From assembly GCA_949358305.1 (NCBI GenBank), contig OX442314.1, positions 23,374,001 to 23,438,000 on the forward strand: a DNA stretch of 64,000 nucleotides, written 5' to 3'. The notes under the pieces were generated by a model that was given only the letters and a program-made list of their open reading frames with translations, was not told the DNA's origin and ran no database searches. Below, in pieces: positions 1 through 12,400 of the stretch. Each line of letters begins with the position of its first letter. Positions within the stretch are counted from its first letter, which is position 1. The translations under genes were made by a program, and so were the position numbers. The stretch comes from Strigamia acuminata (Eukaryota).

Positions 1-15
1 TATAAATGATATTAC

Positions 16-656
16 TCTTCCTTTTGCAGAAACAATCGCTTCTGCTGTGAGTTTAGTCGATTCCGTCTCAAATTTCTCCGTGAAAATACACAACAAATAC
101 AAATTCATCTTGAAGATGTTCCTAAACTTATGTTTCCATTCGTAGGTCGGTGATTTATCCAGAGTTGAAGCGAGTTCGGCATGGAGCATAGTAAAATCTG
201 GATTAAATAACCGTTACAGAATAATTAGACAAAATTAACAACTTCCTCCAATTTAAGTCACTTTTTGCGAGTAAATCCAAAGATGTTTGAACAGTTTCCG
301 GATCCAATTTTTCAAAATGACTAAAAAGTGAAAAATAAAAATAATACCGGTAATTACAATTTATTAAAACAACTATTTGACCAAAACAATACCAAAACAC
401 GCTGTATATACAATCAAACTCATTAATAATCGCCTCTGCGCTGACAAATTTGGACTTGGCATCTGCAATTACAAAACAAAAATCAACAAGTTTCATTTGC
501 ACAACAACACATTAAATTACCCCGAACTCGACGAGCCGCATCATCCTCGAATAAAATATCCTTCACGTAATAAACTTTTCTCTTGTTATCTGGATTAATC
601 AAATCGTTGTTTGTTAAGGGAATAACAAACTCCAAACCCTGCGAGACAGACTCCAT
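16..656 (-). CDS. NCAPD2: Condensin I complex subunit 1 (CAP-D2), 5' part; continues beyond the left edge
   Basis: Hand-spliced exons on the minus strand: 656-521, 462-393, 320-262, 197-16. All introns are GT-AG (58, 72, 64 nt) with consistent phases. Translation: MESVSQGLEFVIPLTNNDLI...YYVKDIL...AIINEFDCIYSVFCHFEKLDPETVQTSLDLLAKN...FKMNLYLLCIFTEKFE...AKGR. This matches recalled NCAPD2 N-terminal motifs (EFxxPL, FDxIYS, LKMNxY). Confidence 0.9.
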
Positions 657-669
657 TTTCCCGCCAAAA
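656..669. promoter_or_regulatory. Overlapping double E2F-type site directly upstream of the CAP-D2 start codon
   Basis: TTTTCCCGCCAAAA gives TTTCCCGC on + and TTTGGCGG on -. It lies between two divergent genes, one of them a mitotic gene. Confidence 0.55.
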
Positions 670-973
670 TGCTAAATGGCCTGCCCTGGCCGGCCGCCCA
701 TATTAGTACCGAAATGTCACACTAACGGCGCTAAATTTTAAAAAACAAAAACAGAACGGTATTAATTAATCATTTAATATTATTAAAAAATTCAAAAGTA
801 ATTAATAATTTTAAAACATTTTCACATTTCTTTGGTTTTTGTTTCATTCCACAGATTGTTGGCTGTGATTCTCTGATTATCTCATTCCAGACATACCAAC
901 CTCTTTCATCTCACCGGCCCTGTTTACCACGCCAGATCTACGAGGTGAAATTTTTGAAAATGTATCTCCCCAG
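657..973. promoter_or_regulatory. Bidirectional promoter/5'UTR region shared by CAP-D2 and the POM121-like gene
   Basis: Divergent start codons at 656(-) and 974(+) are separated by 317 bp. A probable 5'UTR intron of the + gene lies at 759-854 (GTATTA...TTCCACAG). Confidence 0.7.
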
Positions 974-3900
974 ATGAGGATGTTTGATTTAGAAGTTCAT
1001 AAATTTGTCATCGTCGGAATTCTTTGCGCATCATACGTCTTGTACCTGTTCACATCTTTGATAGCAGCGTGTATATTCGCAGCGGTCGCCATTTTAGGAG
1101 CTCATAGTGCCCAGTGCCAGCAACCTAGTGCTTTAGGCCTAACCTCACAACACAATCATGCGCCGATCTCGCGCCGAAAATTCGTTCCAAGTGCCGAGAA
1201 ACACGTCTCGAGAGACTCTTTTCACAACATCTCAAAACAGGTGACACCTATAACGCCGTGGGGAATTAGCAAATCAAATTATTCAACTTTATCACCAAGT
1301 AGTGTGCGATCATCGCCCGCTTTATCGCAGCACAATGCCAGCGTATCCAGGAACGTGTCGAGGTTCGAACCGAGTGTTGTCGTCGTTGATTACATTATTT
1401 TCTAATGTTTTAATGTTTTATTTACAAGAGCGACGTGCGGATTTGCCAGTCAAGTGGTTTCAACTGCCTACAATTACCCGCCGATTGACCAATCGCATTA
1501 CAGAGGTTTGGGATTATTCCCCACGATTCACCGCAATAAGTCACCGCTGCCGGTTCTGTCGGGGAAAAACACGACCATGGTCCATAATCCTGTAACTGTG
1601 CGGATTGCTCCGCCCGAGAAAAACTTAACGCCCAGTCCGAGGTTGGTTTCTGAATTTTTTAATTTAATTTTAGGTGATTAAATGGTTGTTGTGTTTCAGG
1701 AAGGATTTTATATTCAATAGTAAGGTGCAAACACCGCCCACGTCATCTGTAAAATCAGTATTAAAGTCGCTGCAGCAAATTCAGAGGAAAAGATCTTTTT
1801 ATAACTTGGCTGAAGAGAACGAAGACTCGCGCATGAAGCGACAGAGGCGTGAGAATTCGCCGAGGGCCGAGTCGACGTTTAAATCGACCAGTTCTGCGAA
1901 TGTAAATTTGTTAAACGGGATGCGACAGCCCACACCGACTTTGAGTCCCGTTTATGAGGGCGGAGGAGTGCGAGAAATCACGCCGACGCCGACGATGAAA
2001 ACTTCCAAAAACAATGAGATTTTCAGCTCGTATAGTTCTGTCAATCGCTCCAGAGAGGTATTTGAATTGAAGATTATTAATAATGCAAGTTGTGATCAAT
2101 TAATTAAAATGTATTTTTATTGATACTTTTTTAGGGAATTAAAAGACGGCGGTCGGAACGAATAGAACGAAGTCCAGCGATTAAAATCAGTAAACTTAGA
2201 AATACTAAAAGTACAGCTGTGATTTCCAAGTCGATGATCGAAAGATGTTGTACAATTAATGAAGAATCGAAAACATTTGAAACTCCCTCGCCCGATATTG
2301 AATCTGATGTAATCATTGATTACTTAATAATAATTATATGAATGATTTAACATTTTTTTAATTTAATTTTTTTTTTTTAAAAACAGCCAAACTTGACCGA
2401 AGACGAACCAAATCCTAGTAAAATGCGCAGACGTTCGGAAACTCCAGTTGTAAGACGAGAAGGCTATTCGAGAAAACGTGAATTATCCTTATATCAAGCT
2501 TTGAGCCAGAAGAATTTACAATTGGTAATAAAATACTCCCGAATTCCGATTTCCAGCTGTAAAAAAAAAAAGAAAAATTTAATATTAATTTTTATTTCCA
2601 CAGTCTCATTGCGTGCCTCAATCAAACTCAAGTGTAGAAGACGATAACCGCGATCAAGTGATCAATAAAGCCAGACTTCACAGGCTTCTCGCAGCTTTTC
2701 AAGCAAAAGATGGTAAATAAAAATAAATAAAATATTCTCACCAGTAAATTAAATATTTATTTAACTATTTTTCTTATCTTTAGACGATTCGAGTGCTGGT
2801 GATAGAAGTCCTAGTTTATTCAGCAGCCGTCCTTTGCAAGTATCTCTCGGCACCGAACCAAATATATCTCTGTCGCCGGCACCTTCGGTCGGTCTTCTGA
2901 GCATCGCGCCGATACTTCCTGAACCGGTGACTAAACCGAGCGACTCGTGGGTTCCGCGAATAGACATAACCACGACAACAACATCGCTCACCACTCTTTC
3001 TTCCACCGGTTCCGACAGACAGGAAGTGGAGAAAATTCACATTTCGAGTTTTGCACCCGCTAAGACGGACTTAACGGTCATGTCCAGTGCGAATTCGTCA
3101 CAATTGCAGCCGAGCGTTGCTTTGACACCAACATCGTCGATTTTGGGCAACACTTTGACATCATCTTCTGGTGTCGCTATCAAACCGTTAGTGACGGCCT
3201 CATTTGTCTCGATGCCGCTCACAGTCACACCCAGTTTTCCGGCTTTCAACTTGGCGAGCCCGGTCACGGCGAATTTGTCGTTACCAACTTCGATTAAAAC
3301 ACCAGAAGCGACTAAAATGTCTCCAGTAACGCCGATCGCAACTACAACGTCGAACGCGTTTGCTTTCGGTGCAGTTCCAACGCCGGCGACGAAAGCAGAA
3401 ATGCCAATTTTCGGACAGCAGATGCAACCTACAAATCCATCGAACGCGTTCGTTTTCAACACAACTTCAACACCGAAAACAAAACCAACGGAAACTCCAA
3501 TTTTCGGACAGCAAATCCAAACGATGAACCCACCTAACACGTTTGGTTTCGGTCCAGTCTCGACACCGACGACTAAACTACCAGAAACTCCGGTGTTTGG
3601 TCAGCAATTGCAATCCGCAAATTCACCGAGCATTTTCGCATTCGGTGCAAACGCGACACCGAAAGCGGATCCATCCTCGACTCTCGCTTTTGGACTTCAA
3701 ACCGCGAACCCGCCGAACAAATTCGACGGTAGAAATACCGCTCAACCGTTCCAGTTCAACGCGGCCCCTCAAACAGCGACGACAGCTCAGCCAGCGTTTA
3801 ATCCACTCAAAACGACCGGGAATGGCGTGCCGTTGCACGCAACTACCTCGGGCGGGTTTAATTTCAACATGAACAGCGTCGCCGCCACGTCAGCGCCGTC

Positions 3901-4290
3901 CATGCCAGCGTTTTCTGTCAATTCTTGTTTCGGTCAAGCGGCGACAACTGCCACTGCTTTCAACACGTCCAACTCGACCGGGGTTTTCAATTTCGCCGCG
4001 TCTCCACAAGCGGTGAACGGACCTTCGACCTTACCTGGTTTCAACTCCGTTGTGACCACGTCGGGGCCGACTCCAGCGCCGGGATTGGCGTCCCAATTCA
4101 CTTTCGGACAGAGCGGAGGGTTCAGTTTTAATTTTGCTCCCGAACCGAGTTCTGGTTAATGATTTTCTTATATTTTTTTGATGTTTTAAATAAATGGAGA
4201 TTAATAATTTATTTGTTTTTATTTTTATTAGTTGGCGTTACTAATCGGAAATCGGTCCAAGCGCGCCGGCGAACGTCGCGGCAACATTAG
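974..4290 (+). CDS. POM121: POM121-like transmembrane FG-repeat nucleoporin (~936 aa, 8 exons)
   Basis: Exons 974-1362, 1429-1641, 1700-2057, 2135-2308, 2387-2524, 2604-2712, 2784-4154, 4232-4290 join in frame (2811 nt, stop TAG at 4288-4290) with GT-AG introns of 58-79 nt. The protein has an N-terminal hydrophobic segment (FVIVGILCASYVLYLFTSLIAACIFAAVAILGA) and POM121-type motifs (YPPIDQSHYRGLGLFPT, VLSGKNTTMVHNPVTVRIAPP, NEIFSSYSS). It also has basic NLS-like clusters, a long S/T/P-rich FG region and a basic tail (RKSVQARRRTSRQH). Confidence 0.85.
3350..3725 (+). repeat. Coding tandem repeat, 93-nt / 31-aa unit (P[IV]FGQQxQxxNxxxxFxF), three clear copies plus a degenerate fourth
   Basis: The Pro codon of P[IV]FGQQ recurs at 3404, 3497 and 3590, an exact 93-nt period. 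Confidence 0.8.
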
Positions 4291-4534
4291 GAAAATTTAG
4301 GTCGTGAAAATCATGATTTGTTTTAAATAATTTTAATTTCTTTTGGGGGATAGTTAATTTTTGTATTTGAATAATTATTTTTAAACTTTTCTCTTTACAT
4401 GATATAAACATTGAGAATTTTCGTTTGCTTCGTGTAAGCAATTCGCACTGTACACTGCCATTTGTAATGATAAAGTTTTTTGTTTTTGTTTTGTTAAAGT
4501 GTTTTTATACATAATTAATTATATCGCGTTATTT

Positions 4535-4540
4535 AATAAA
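4535..4540 (+). terminator. Candidate polyadenylation signal of the POM121-like gene
   Basis: AATAAA about 245 nt after the stop codon, followed by a T-rich tract. The AT-rich background makes this weak evidence. Confidence 0.4.
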
Positions 4541-5991
4541 GTTTTTTTAATAATACACTTACGAAAAATAGAATATATTAAGAAAAACTCTGTAATTTAG
4601 AAAGTTTAAAGTAACATTATTCAAATTTTTCAACATTCCAATCGATATTTAACTGTAATTTTCGTTTATCCTTGAATGTTACGGATTTATGCTTTTTAAC
4701 CATTGTATTATTTGGGTCGAGTGACTTTAGGGACTAGAATTTTGATGTTAATGGCGTGTTTATCAGTCGTAACATGTATAAAAAGAATTTGCTGACAAAA
4801 ATAAGCATAAGTTGATGAAAAGTGCTTAGAAAAGTATCCAAAAGTTGGAAAAAATATAAATAGCTGATAAAATTCAATTTGTTTCTCTCATATTTGTGTA
4901 ATCATAACATTTCATGTATCAGTCATCAGTGAATTGAGTTTGGAGCGATGTCACGTATTTTTCTTAATATTTAAGCTTCTTTTATGGTGTGATTGAGACG
5001 AGTGAAAGTAGAAAATACATTTTTTTGTAATTTTATAATTTTTGTTACCGATTTGACAGATGTACAATTTTTTTTTAAATGGATAAGACAACTAAATTAT
5101 TTGAAATTGTGAAAGATATTTTTATAGTAATTCAAAACTCTTCAAGCTCAGTACGCTGTAAAGAAATATTGGTTGGTGTTGATTTTTTGGATTATTATTT
5201 TTTTTTTGTTAAAAATTTGTGCCTTACGGATTCCAGATATTCTTAAAAGGAAAGAAAGTGGCACTTAGCATGGTACCAATGTGAATGTTTTTTTTTTTTA
5301 CAACGCCTCCAATTTGTAATAGCAAATAAAATTGCTTTGCTTAAGTCGTCTCGGTGCTTGGGAATTTTATATTTCCTCGACCAAACACATCCAAAAATAA
5401 ACACAATTCCAATACACTCATACGTGACCATTACTCACATTTGGTGGACTGCTTAAGCTTTTGGTGAAGGTAGGGCTCGACTAAGACGCAATTCTACTAC
5501 TGCGACTGGGAGGAAAAGTTCTAGAACAGAAAAACAAGTGAAATAGGCTTAAGTGTTGTGAATAAACCACCAAAAGATGGCTACAAGAGAATAATTTAGA
5601 CTGAATCTAAAAAAAATAAGTAAGGTAAGTGATAATTAAAATATTTCAAGCGTTTCAGAGAGCCGGGCCAAAAACTGCAGTGGATTTTTCTGAAAAATAA
5701 AAAATTTCTCAAAAATTGTCAAAATAGTCTAGAAGAAAGATGAACGTATGGTAAATGACCCACACGGCGCAGATCTGGCATCAAAAATTTCCCTATCTCC
5801 CATCGTTCCAAAAATACAGCCTTTGGAAGTAGTTTCTGGTCAAGTTTGGAAAAAAAAATTGTTTTCATTCTATAGTTTTCTCATAGATGGCGCCGCCAAC
5901 GCACCCCGATTGACAGATCTGAGACTGAGACCATTTCAATATTTTTCCAAATAAAAATGTGTTAAACCTATAGTGTTTCCAGTCATTACTG

Positions 5992-6096
5992 CCGTATTTC
6001 TTTGATTCTAAGATGCACTTTTCCCCCCCATGCAAACATCTCTAAAAACGGGGTTCATCCTACTATAAATGGCATGTTAGGATCGAAGAAATACAG
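5992..6096. mobile_element. 105-bp MITE, TcMar-Tc2 type
   Basis: Terminal inverted repeats CCGTATTTCTTTGATTCTAA / TTAGGATCGAAGAAATACAG match at 17/20. TA flanks the right side and TG the left. CCGTATTT ends are typical of Tc2-like elements. Confidence 0.7.
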
Positions 6097-9000
6097 TACG
6101 TCATCTGCTTGATGACAGGAATAAACATTCCGATTCAAAATCCCAGGTGAAAGGACCCACTGCCAGGTTTTTCTGGACTTTCGTGTATGGGTCAAAGGTT
6201 TAATCTATAGAAAAGAAACTAGTATTTTATATTTTTCCCTGTCAATAAGAACTGCCTACATTTCGGATAACAACAGGACTTTTTTTGTACTGCTAAATCG
6301 GTTGCTAAAAACTTGTTTTTGTTTGTGAAATTGAAATTAAAACTACCGGTTACCCTAAATGGTCCTATCGTGACTGGACTGTTTGTTATTTTGTCCGTTG
6401 TCCTAGTAACCGAATGATCGTCGAAGATTTACTTCCGAAGACCGGAAGTCCGAACCGAGCTAAAACGAGACGACCGGAAATCACGACCTCATGCGTGAAC
6501 GACTTTCCACGTGCATACGTAGGGTCACTAAAAGATGACCTATTGAAAAAATGAAATATAGGTGCTCCATTTATTTCAATCCAAACTGCTTTCCCAAATC
6601 CATCCATTTATTAAAAGCAATAACTCCATTTCCAATTCATTTTCTCAAAAAGAAATTTAAAAAAAAAAAAAATTGCTTACAGTGTTTGTACATCGACGAA
6701 TGAAAATATAATTAAAACTTTTCTCTTCAGTAGCTGTCACCTGCTGAGCTTCCCGAGATGAGAATTTTATAACACCTTTTTACTACAATGCAAATATGCC
6801 GAATAATTTCCATTACACACAGACGCCGACACAAAACTAATCAACGATTTGAAATGAAGGAATACCCCATGACGCCGAATATGACGCCATCTAACCTTTT
6901 TGCACTTTTACCGCCGCATATTTCCAATTGAATTCCACAAGTAAATGTGAATTTAACCCTATATATTTGATTCGTAACAATATATATATATATATCCTCT
7001 CAATTGTACGTATATAATAAAATTAAAAAAGAAAAGAGAAAAATTAAATCACAGACGCCTCCTGCTCACCACATCCGCTCATCGCGTGTTGCATAGCGGT
7101 TTTTCAGAAATTGATTCTTACTAGCTCTCAGGCACGTGACACTGCCAATTCACCCGCACAATCCTTCTCCCCAACTCTCTTTCAAAGTGACGTTAACAAT
7201 ACTCGTCTCCCTCCCCTTCTGTTTCTAGTTGGATCGCCATTAGTGCAATTATGGAGCACATTCTCCACACGCCAATTTCACCCAATTCTATCTGCAGAAT
7301 GTTCCGTTTCAACCACGTAAATGTTCCGCCTGACACTTCCCTGCACAGCACTCTGCTACGTCTGCCGCAACAAATGGAGTGGAATAGCGATTTAGAATAA
7401 AAACCACTAAATAAACACATCAAAACAAAACCAAAAAAATATCTAGCAAAACATTAATAAATTCTTCTTTTATAAGTTTATAAACGCAAATATCCATTTT
7501 TTCTTTTTTGCTTATTGTTGGAAAATTATTGTTTACCTGAATTCGACGAATAAAACATTTTAATCTTAATTTTATAAACAAAGCAAAAGTTTGATTAATA
7601 TCAAGCAATCCACATGTTTTGCATAGATCGATAGATTTCGATGTGCACGAATAAAATGAAGGCAAAAATAGCGCGTCAAAGATGTTATTTCCAAAGCTTT
7701 TAGTCGTGGCACAAGTTAATAATACGTTGTATTATATCTATTCAATTCAGCAAACGTCACTTTTTACTCGAGATGGCGCCATCAATGGGAATTATAATGT
7801 CATACCTGTGTTTAGTGGATTCACATTTCCAAATGCCATGTGTGAAACCAGCGATACGTTTGCGTGCTCTAAACTGCGCCACGCTTATTTGATGCTCCAT
7901 TGGCTCCCGTTTCCTGCTTCTCTTTTCTCCCTTCCTCGCTCTTCCCCTTTCCCAATCCCTTCAAGTAAGGAAATATCAGATATCTAAAATAAAAAATGAA
8001 AAAAAAGAAAAGAAAAAAGAAAAAAAAAGTGAGAATCAATTGATTCACTTGTAGTTGCCCGATATTTTTTGTAACCTTTTCCCCCTCCTGTTTGTGGACG
8101 AACAGCAATTATCTTAAAATGATCCTCAATTAGAGCGAAATATAAATCAATAAAAGCGAGTGACTTTGCTACTAATAGCAGGATGAGTTTATGTTTTATT
8201 TTTTTCGTGGCTACTGTTGTAATGGCACTTGGTAACAGCTCTTGGTGAGTCATGTGACAAAGGGGAATCATATCCTTTAATGTGTACTCTATCAACTGTA
8301 TAAAAAAATTACATTAGTTCATTCATTATCGAGATAAATAATATTAAACATGCTAAAATTACATTTAAACATAACCTTGTTCGGTCTTCGGTCATCTTTA
8401 AACACTGAAATGCTTAAACGTTACAATTTCCCACAAGAAACGTTTAAAAATCATTAGAAAATAGCCCGCGCTTGTCGAATAAAAATCGCAGAACTAAAAT
8501 GACATAAAAACAACTTGCCATTAAAGAAGGTACTAAAAGTGTCGCCGGATGGCAGCATGATCAGATAACTCCTGTGGTGATTAAGGTTTTCGTAAATCTG
8601 CAGAAAAAAAATATTGTTGGAAATAAGGATTTTAATTTACGAACTCTGCAACAAATCCATAGTTTGGACAACAACGCACAAAGATATAGTAGTGCTAAAG
8701 GTAAAATAAAAACAAAACCAGAATTTTTATTTTATTTTCTGACAGTGGCAATTTTTTTGTAGAAAATATACAACACTTAATTTTCACATCTTTTCTGATT
8801 GGCCTCCTTGATTTCGTAAACAAGGAAGTCCACCTTCACACTTATTCCTGCTACTGCACTCAACTCTACACTTCCTATCAATATTTATCCATCAAACTAA
8901 TTACTTAAACACCTCGCTAATTAAACAAAAAACAAAACACATAATCGTAACTATAACGCGTAATAATAACTAGTCCTAATGTATAAATTTAACGAGTAAA

Positions 9001-9435
9001 ATTAATATAAACAATTTTAAATGACTTGATGAATGCGCCTACTATAAATTAAAAATAAACAAATGAATAAACAACAAAATTTAAAAAAAAAAAATTTTTT
9101 CCAAAAAAATAAAATTTTATTTCATTTTATTTCATTTGTAAAAATCGGAAAACTTTTCAGAAATATATTTCAAAGATGCCAAACTGGCAGCAAACTCTAA
9201 ACAGGTAAGCATGAGCCGGGACAGCATGGCGGAAACGAGAGTGTGGTTGAAAGCGCATGCGCCGATGGTCGAGTTTAGAGGAAAAGGGAGTTGGCGTTTG
9301 GGAGGTGGAGGAAGGGGGATGAGGGCGGCGTCTGTGTCTCGGGTGGGTTCGCGTGTGTTGGTTGCCTGCGGGGGCAATGCCTGTCGCTCTGTCGTCGTCA
9401 CTTGAAGCAGCGCCCCCTATGAAGACGAACGGAGG

Positions 9436-9472
9436 ATGCGTTGTAAGAGCAAGGCGAGAAAAGTGACTGCAA
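9436..9472 (+). CDS. PRDM3/16-like coding exon 1 (37 nt, MRCKSKARKVTA plus 1 nt)
   Basis: ATG at 9436; phase-1 donor A|GTAAGA at 9473; the peptide resembles the MDS1/PRDM16 N-terminus. Confidence 0.85.
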
Positions 9473-12400
9473 GTAAGAAAACTTTCGATATTTTATTTAG
9501 TTATTTCTTTCGTGTTTGCTCAAATGCGCGCCTTTATTCCATTTGCTTTCCAAATCCTGCAGAGGCGGGGGAAAAAATTGCCGAATCGATTGAGTTTCGA
9601 TTCTTTGTGTGTGGGACGTTGATTGAATTTGTACAAGAAACATCAGGTGGAAATTGATGTTGCAACCTCGTGCGATTAAGCCACGGGAAAATGTGCAAGA
9701 AACGTGCTTTAATGGCGCAATACGATTGCGTCTGAAATTATTAATGCAAACAATAGAGATTATGGAATTCGCGCTTTCAATTTTCCACATTTTTTCCTTC
9801 AACTGTCTAAAATCAGATATTTAAATTTTGGCCACTTTCCGAGCGTTGATCGACGTTTAAACTTCACATTTTTAGTTGACTTTAACTCGAAAGTCAAGCG
9901 CCAAATGTATATCGCTCTCCTCGAACATTTCATGGATAATTTCACTTCGTATTTCCACAACCGTCAATCGTAATAACTCGTTAGAGATTTATTTTAGATG
10001 ATAAAACAGTTATCCGACTATAATTATAAACCTAAAATCAACAAGTTTGATCTGAAATCTCTCTTTGAACTTAAATGTTATCAACTGAGCAGTGATTTTA
10101 ACTTTTTCAACGCAACTTTTGATAAGTCAAACCGACTCATTATTAATTCATAAATGTTTTTCAAATCGCCAAACATTTTAGCACGCATTTCATCATCAAT
10201 CATTTTCTAAAACGCCGCGTTTAGTGTTTGCTCGCACAATTCACACATAAATCCTCGCTTCCTTCATACCTGAGTTTATGGGCCGTTTCCGACGATACCT
10301 TCACCACTCACTACATTTTAACTATATAAAGAATCCAATATATATATATACTTTTCGTAATTATATTAAAAATAAAGGAGGGTAGAATGATTAATTAGCT
10401 GTGCAGCCAGGTGTCGTGTGTTGATCATCCGGCATTGGGTGCGGTTTCACTGGTTTCCTGGAAGTTTGCTGCGACTCAAGGTGGCTATCGCTGATCAGTT
10501 CATTTCGTAAAGAAATGCATTTCCGTTGCACTCACTATTTGCAAATAAATATCTCTGTTTATTCTACCTTTTTCTAATGAAGCAATCAAAATAATCTTTT
10601 TTTTTTTTAATTTTAAAAAACATTACGTCATTTCCCGCACCGTTTTCGTCATTCAAAACCCTTAATTTTAATCAATATTTTATATTTAGGACAATCAATA
10701 CGTGTTTGCTTATTAAAAATGCAAATCAGGAATTCCATCTTTCAAGGGAAGGGAAAAATGACATGAAATTTAGTGTCGGTAAAGCGAAGTAAAGTTGTCT
10801 TCACACACATAAACTATTTTTAGCTTTCTTTATAGTTATGCCTATTGGATTGGTCCTTCTTTGTGTTGTGTCAGATCGCCTTTCTTTTCTTTCCTTCTCC
10901 CCTTCCTCCTCACTCTATCCCAAATTCGAACCCCCCACCCCCATCCCCTCGCTGGCAATGGAGACTATATAGTATAGGACCCTTATTATCCCCCACTTCT
11001 GCTCTTTCAACCTTCTGCCAACGGCGTATATTGAAGCCCTTACACGCACATGTTTTGCTACATCTCTTGACTTTTAAAATCCTGATTTAAAAGATTTATT
11101 TTTTAAAATTTATAAGATACAAGTGTGTAGAGCCTATTCACACACGAAATGTAAGCTTGTTCACACACAAGCCAACTCTTAACACACCTTTTCACACTAC
11201 TTTAATTCATAATTCATAAATACGTGATACTATAAACTTGTTTATATTTTTTAAACCAAACGAAATGTTAAATTTTACGTGTTCAATGAATGCGTCGTAA
11301 AGAAATTTATTTCTTTTAATTTATACACGCAGTAAACAAAAGCAGAATTAGTTAAAATCAATCCTAGAATAATTTCCACATCTCATAACTCATCCTTTTT
11401 AATAAAAAAAAAAATATATATATGATTTTCTTTTCCAAACTGCTGCAGTCAGCTGCTGACTTCGCTTACATTTGCTCAAATAATTCCATCTTTTAAATAA
11501 GAAAAAAAACGATGAGAAATTCAACTTCTCCCATCTTTTACCCACATATTATATTTAATTACAAGTTAAGTCCAGACACTGCATTGAGTAAACCACAAAT
11601 CAGTCGAAAAAAAATCCCAAAGGAGGGGGACTTAAAAAAAGAGGGGCTGATAATCTCCACCCACTCTAATTTTTTTTTTTAGGGAATGACAGAGGGTGAA
11701 AGTGGGTAAATAATCAGGTGTTTGTAGGAGCCATATGGAGGTAGGGGTATCTCCCATATTCTTAAGGTCAAGGAAAGAAGAGGCGAGGGGGTTAGTAGTC
11801 GTTTTCGGGGTGGTGGGGAGGAATTTGTGGACATCCTGCTGGCAAAGGTTCGTGGGAAGGTCCGTCGTCTGAGTTGCTGGAGAGTCGCAGGTATACATGA
11901 AACACCCACGCTGGACACCTGTGGCGAAGGGTCTTTGTCCCTTGTCAACATTCTCATCATCTGCATGAAAGTGTAATGCCCACTAGGTGGCTGAGAAATC
12001 GACTTCTCTTAATTAGCCTAAGAAAAAAAAAAGAAAGCAGTATTTCTTTTCATTTCTTTTTTATCGCAGATTGCGTTTTAATTTGCTTAGAAAAACACAA
12101 TAAAAATGAATATGAAAGCCAATGGTTTGTAAATAACAACCCAACAAAAATACCACACCTTAATTTCCTTCCTCTTGTTGTGTGTTGCATGTTTATTTTA
12201 ATTTTTTTTTCTATATTCCTAACGGTTTTTATTAAGATCGCTTTATTTTTTATCTCTAACCAAACACGAGCGAAATGAAAAATGTCATTATCCACGTGTA
12301 CCCAACATCTGTATCTAGCCATCTGCTTTTATGGCACTATCTTACACACAAATCAAGACATAATCCTTGTCATCTGGCGTTTCCACTTACGATAACACTT

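Noticed and set aside
203..502. 99-aa minus-strand ORF as a complete protein
   Set aside because: It reads through introns of the CAP-D2 gene; the real frame needs splicing.
3037..3540. 167-aa antisense ORF and other ORFs overlapping the FG exon
   Set aside because: Shadow frames of a low-complexity coding exon.
2834..4159. 441-aa ORF as a stand-alone mucin-like or NUP153/NUP214 gene
   Set aside because: It is exon 7 of the spliced gene. Upstream exons give a TM segment and POM121 motifs, with no RanBP2 zinc fingers or beta-propeller.
8221..8240. AATGGCAC start resembling miR-263/183-family miRNAs
   Set aside because: The match is limited to the seed and no convincing flanking hairpin is visible.
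4300..9100. Additional protein-coding gene between POM121 and PRDM exon 1
   Set aside because: Only short low-complexity ORFs, with no consistent exon chain or recognisable domain.
9161..9210. Upstream mini-exon with strong donor CAG|GTAAGC at 9205
   Set aside because: The ATG at 9176 gives phase 2, out of frame with exon 2. It could be a non-coding exon, but nothing else supports it.
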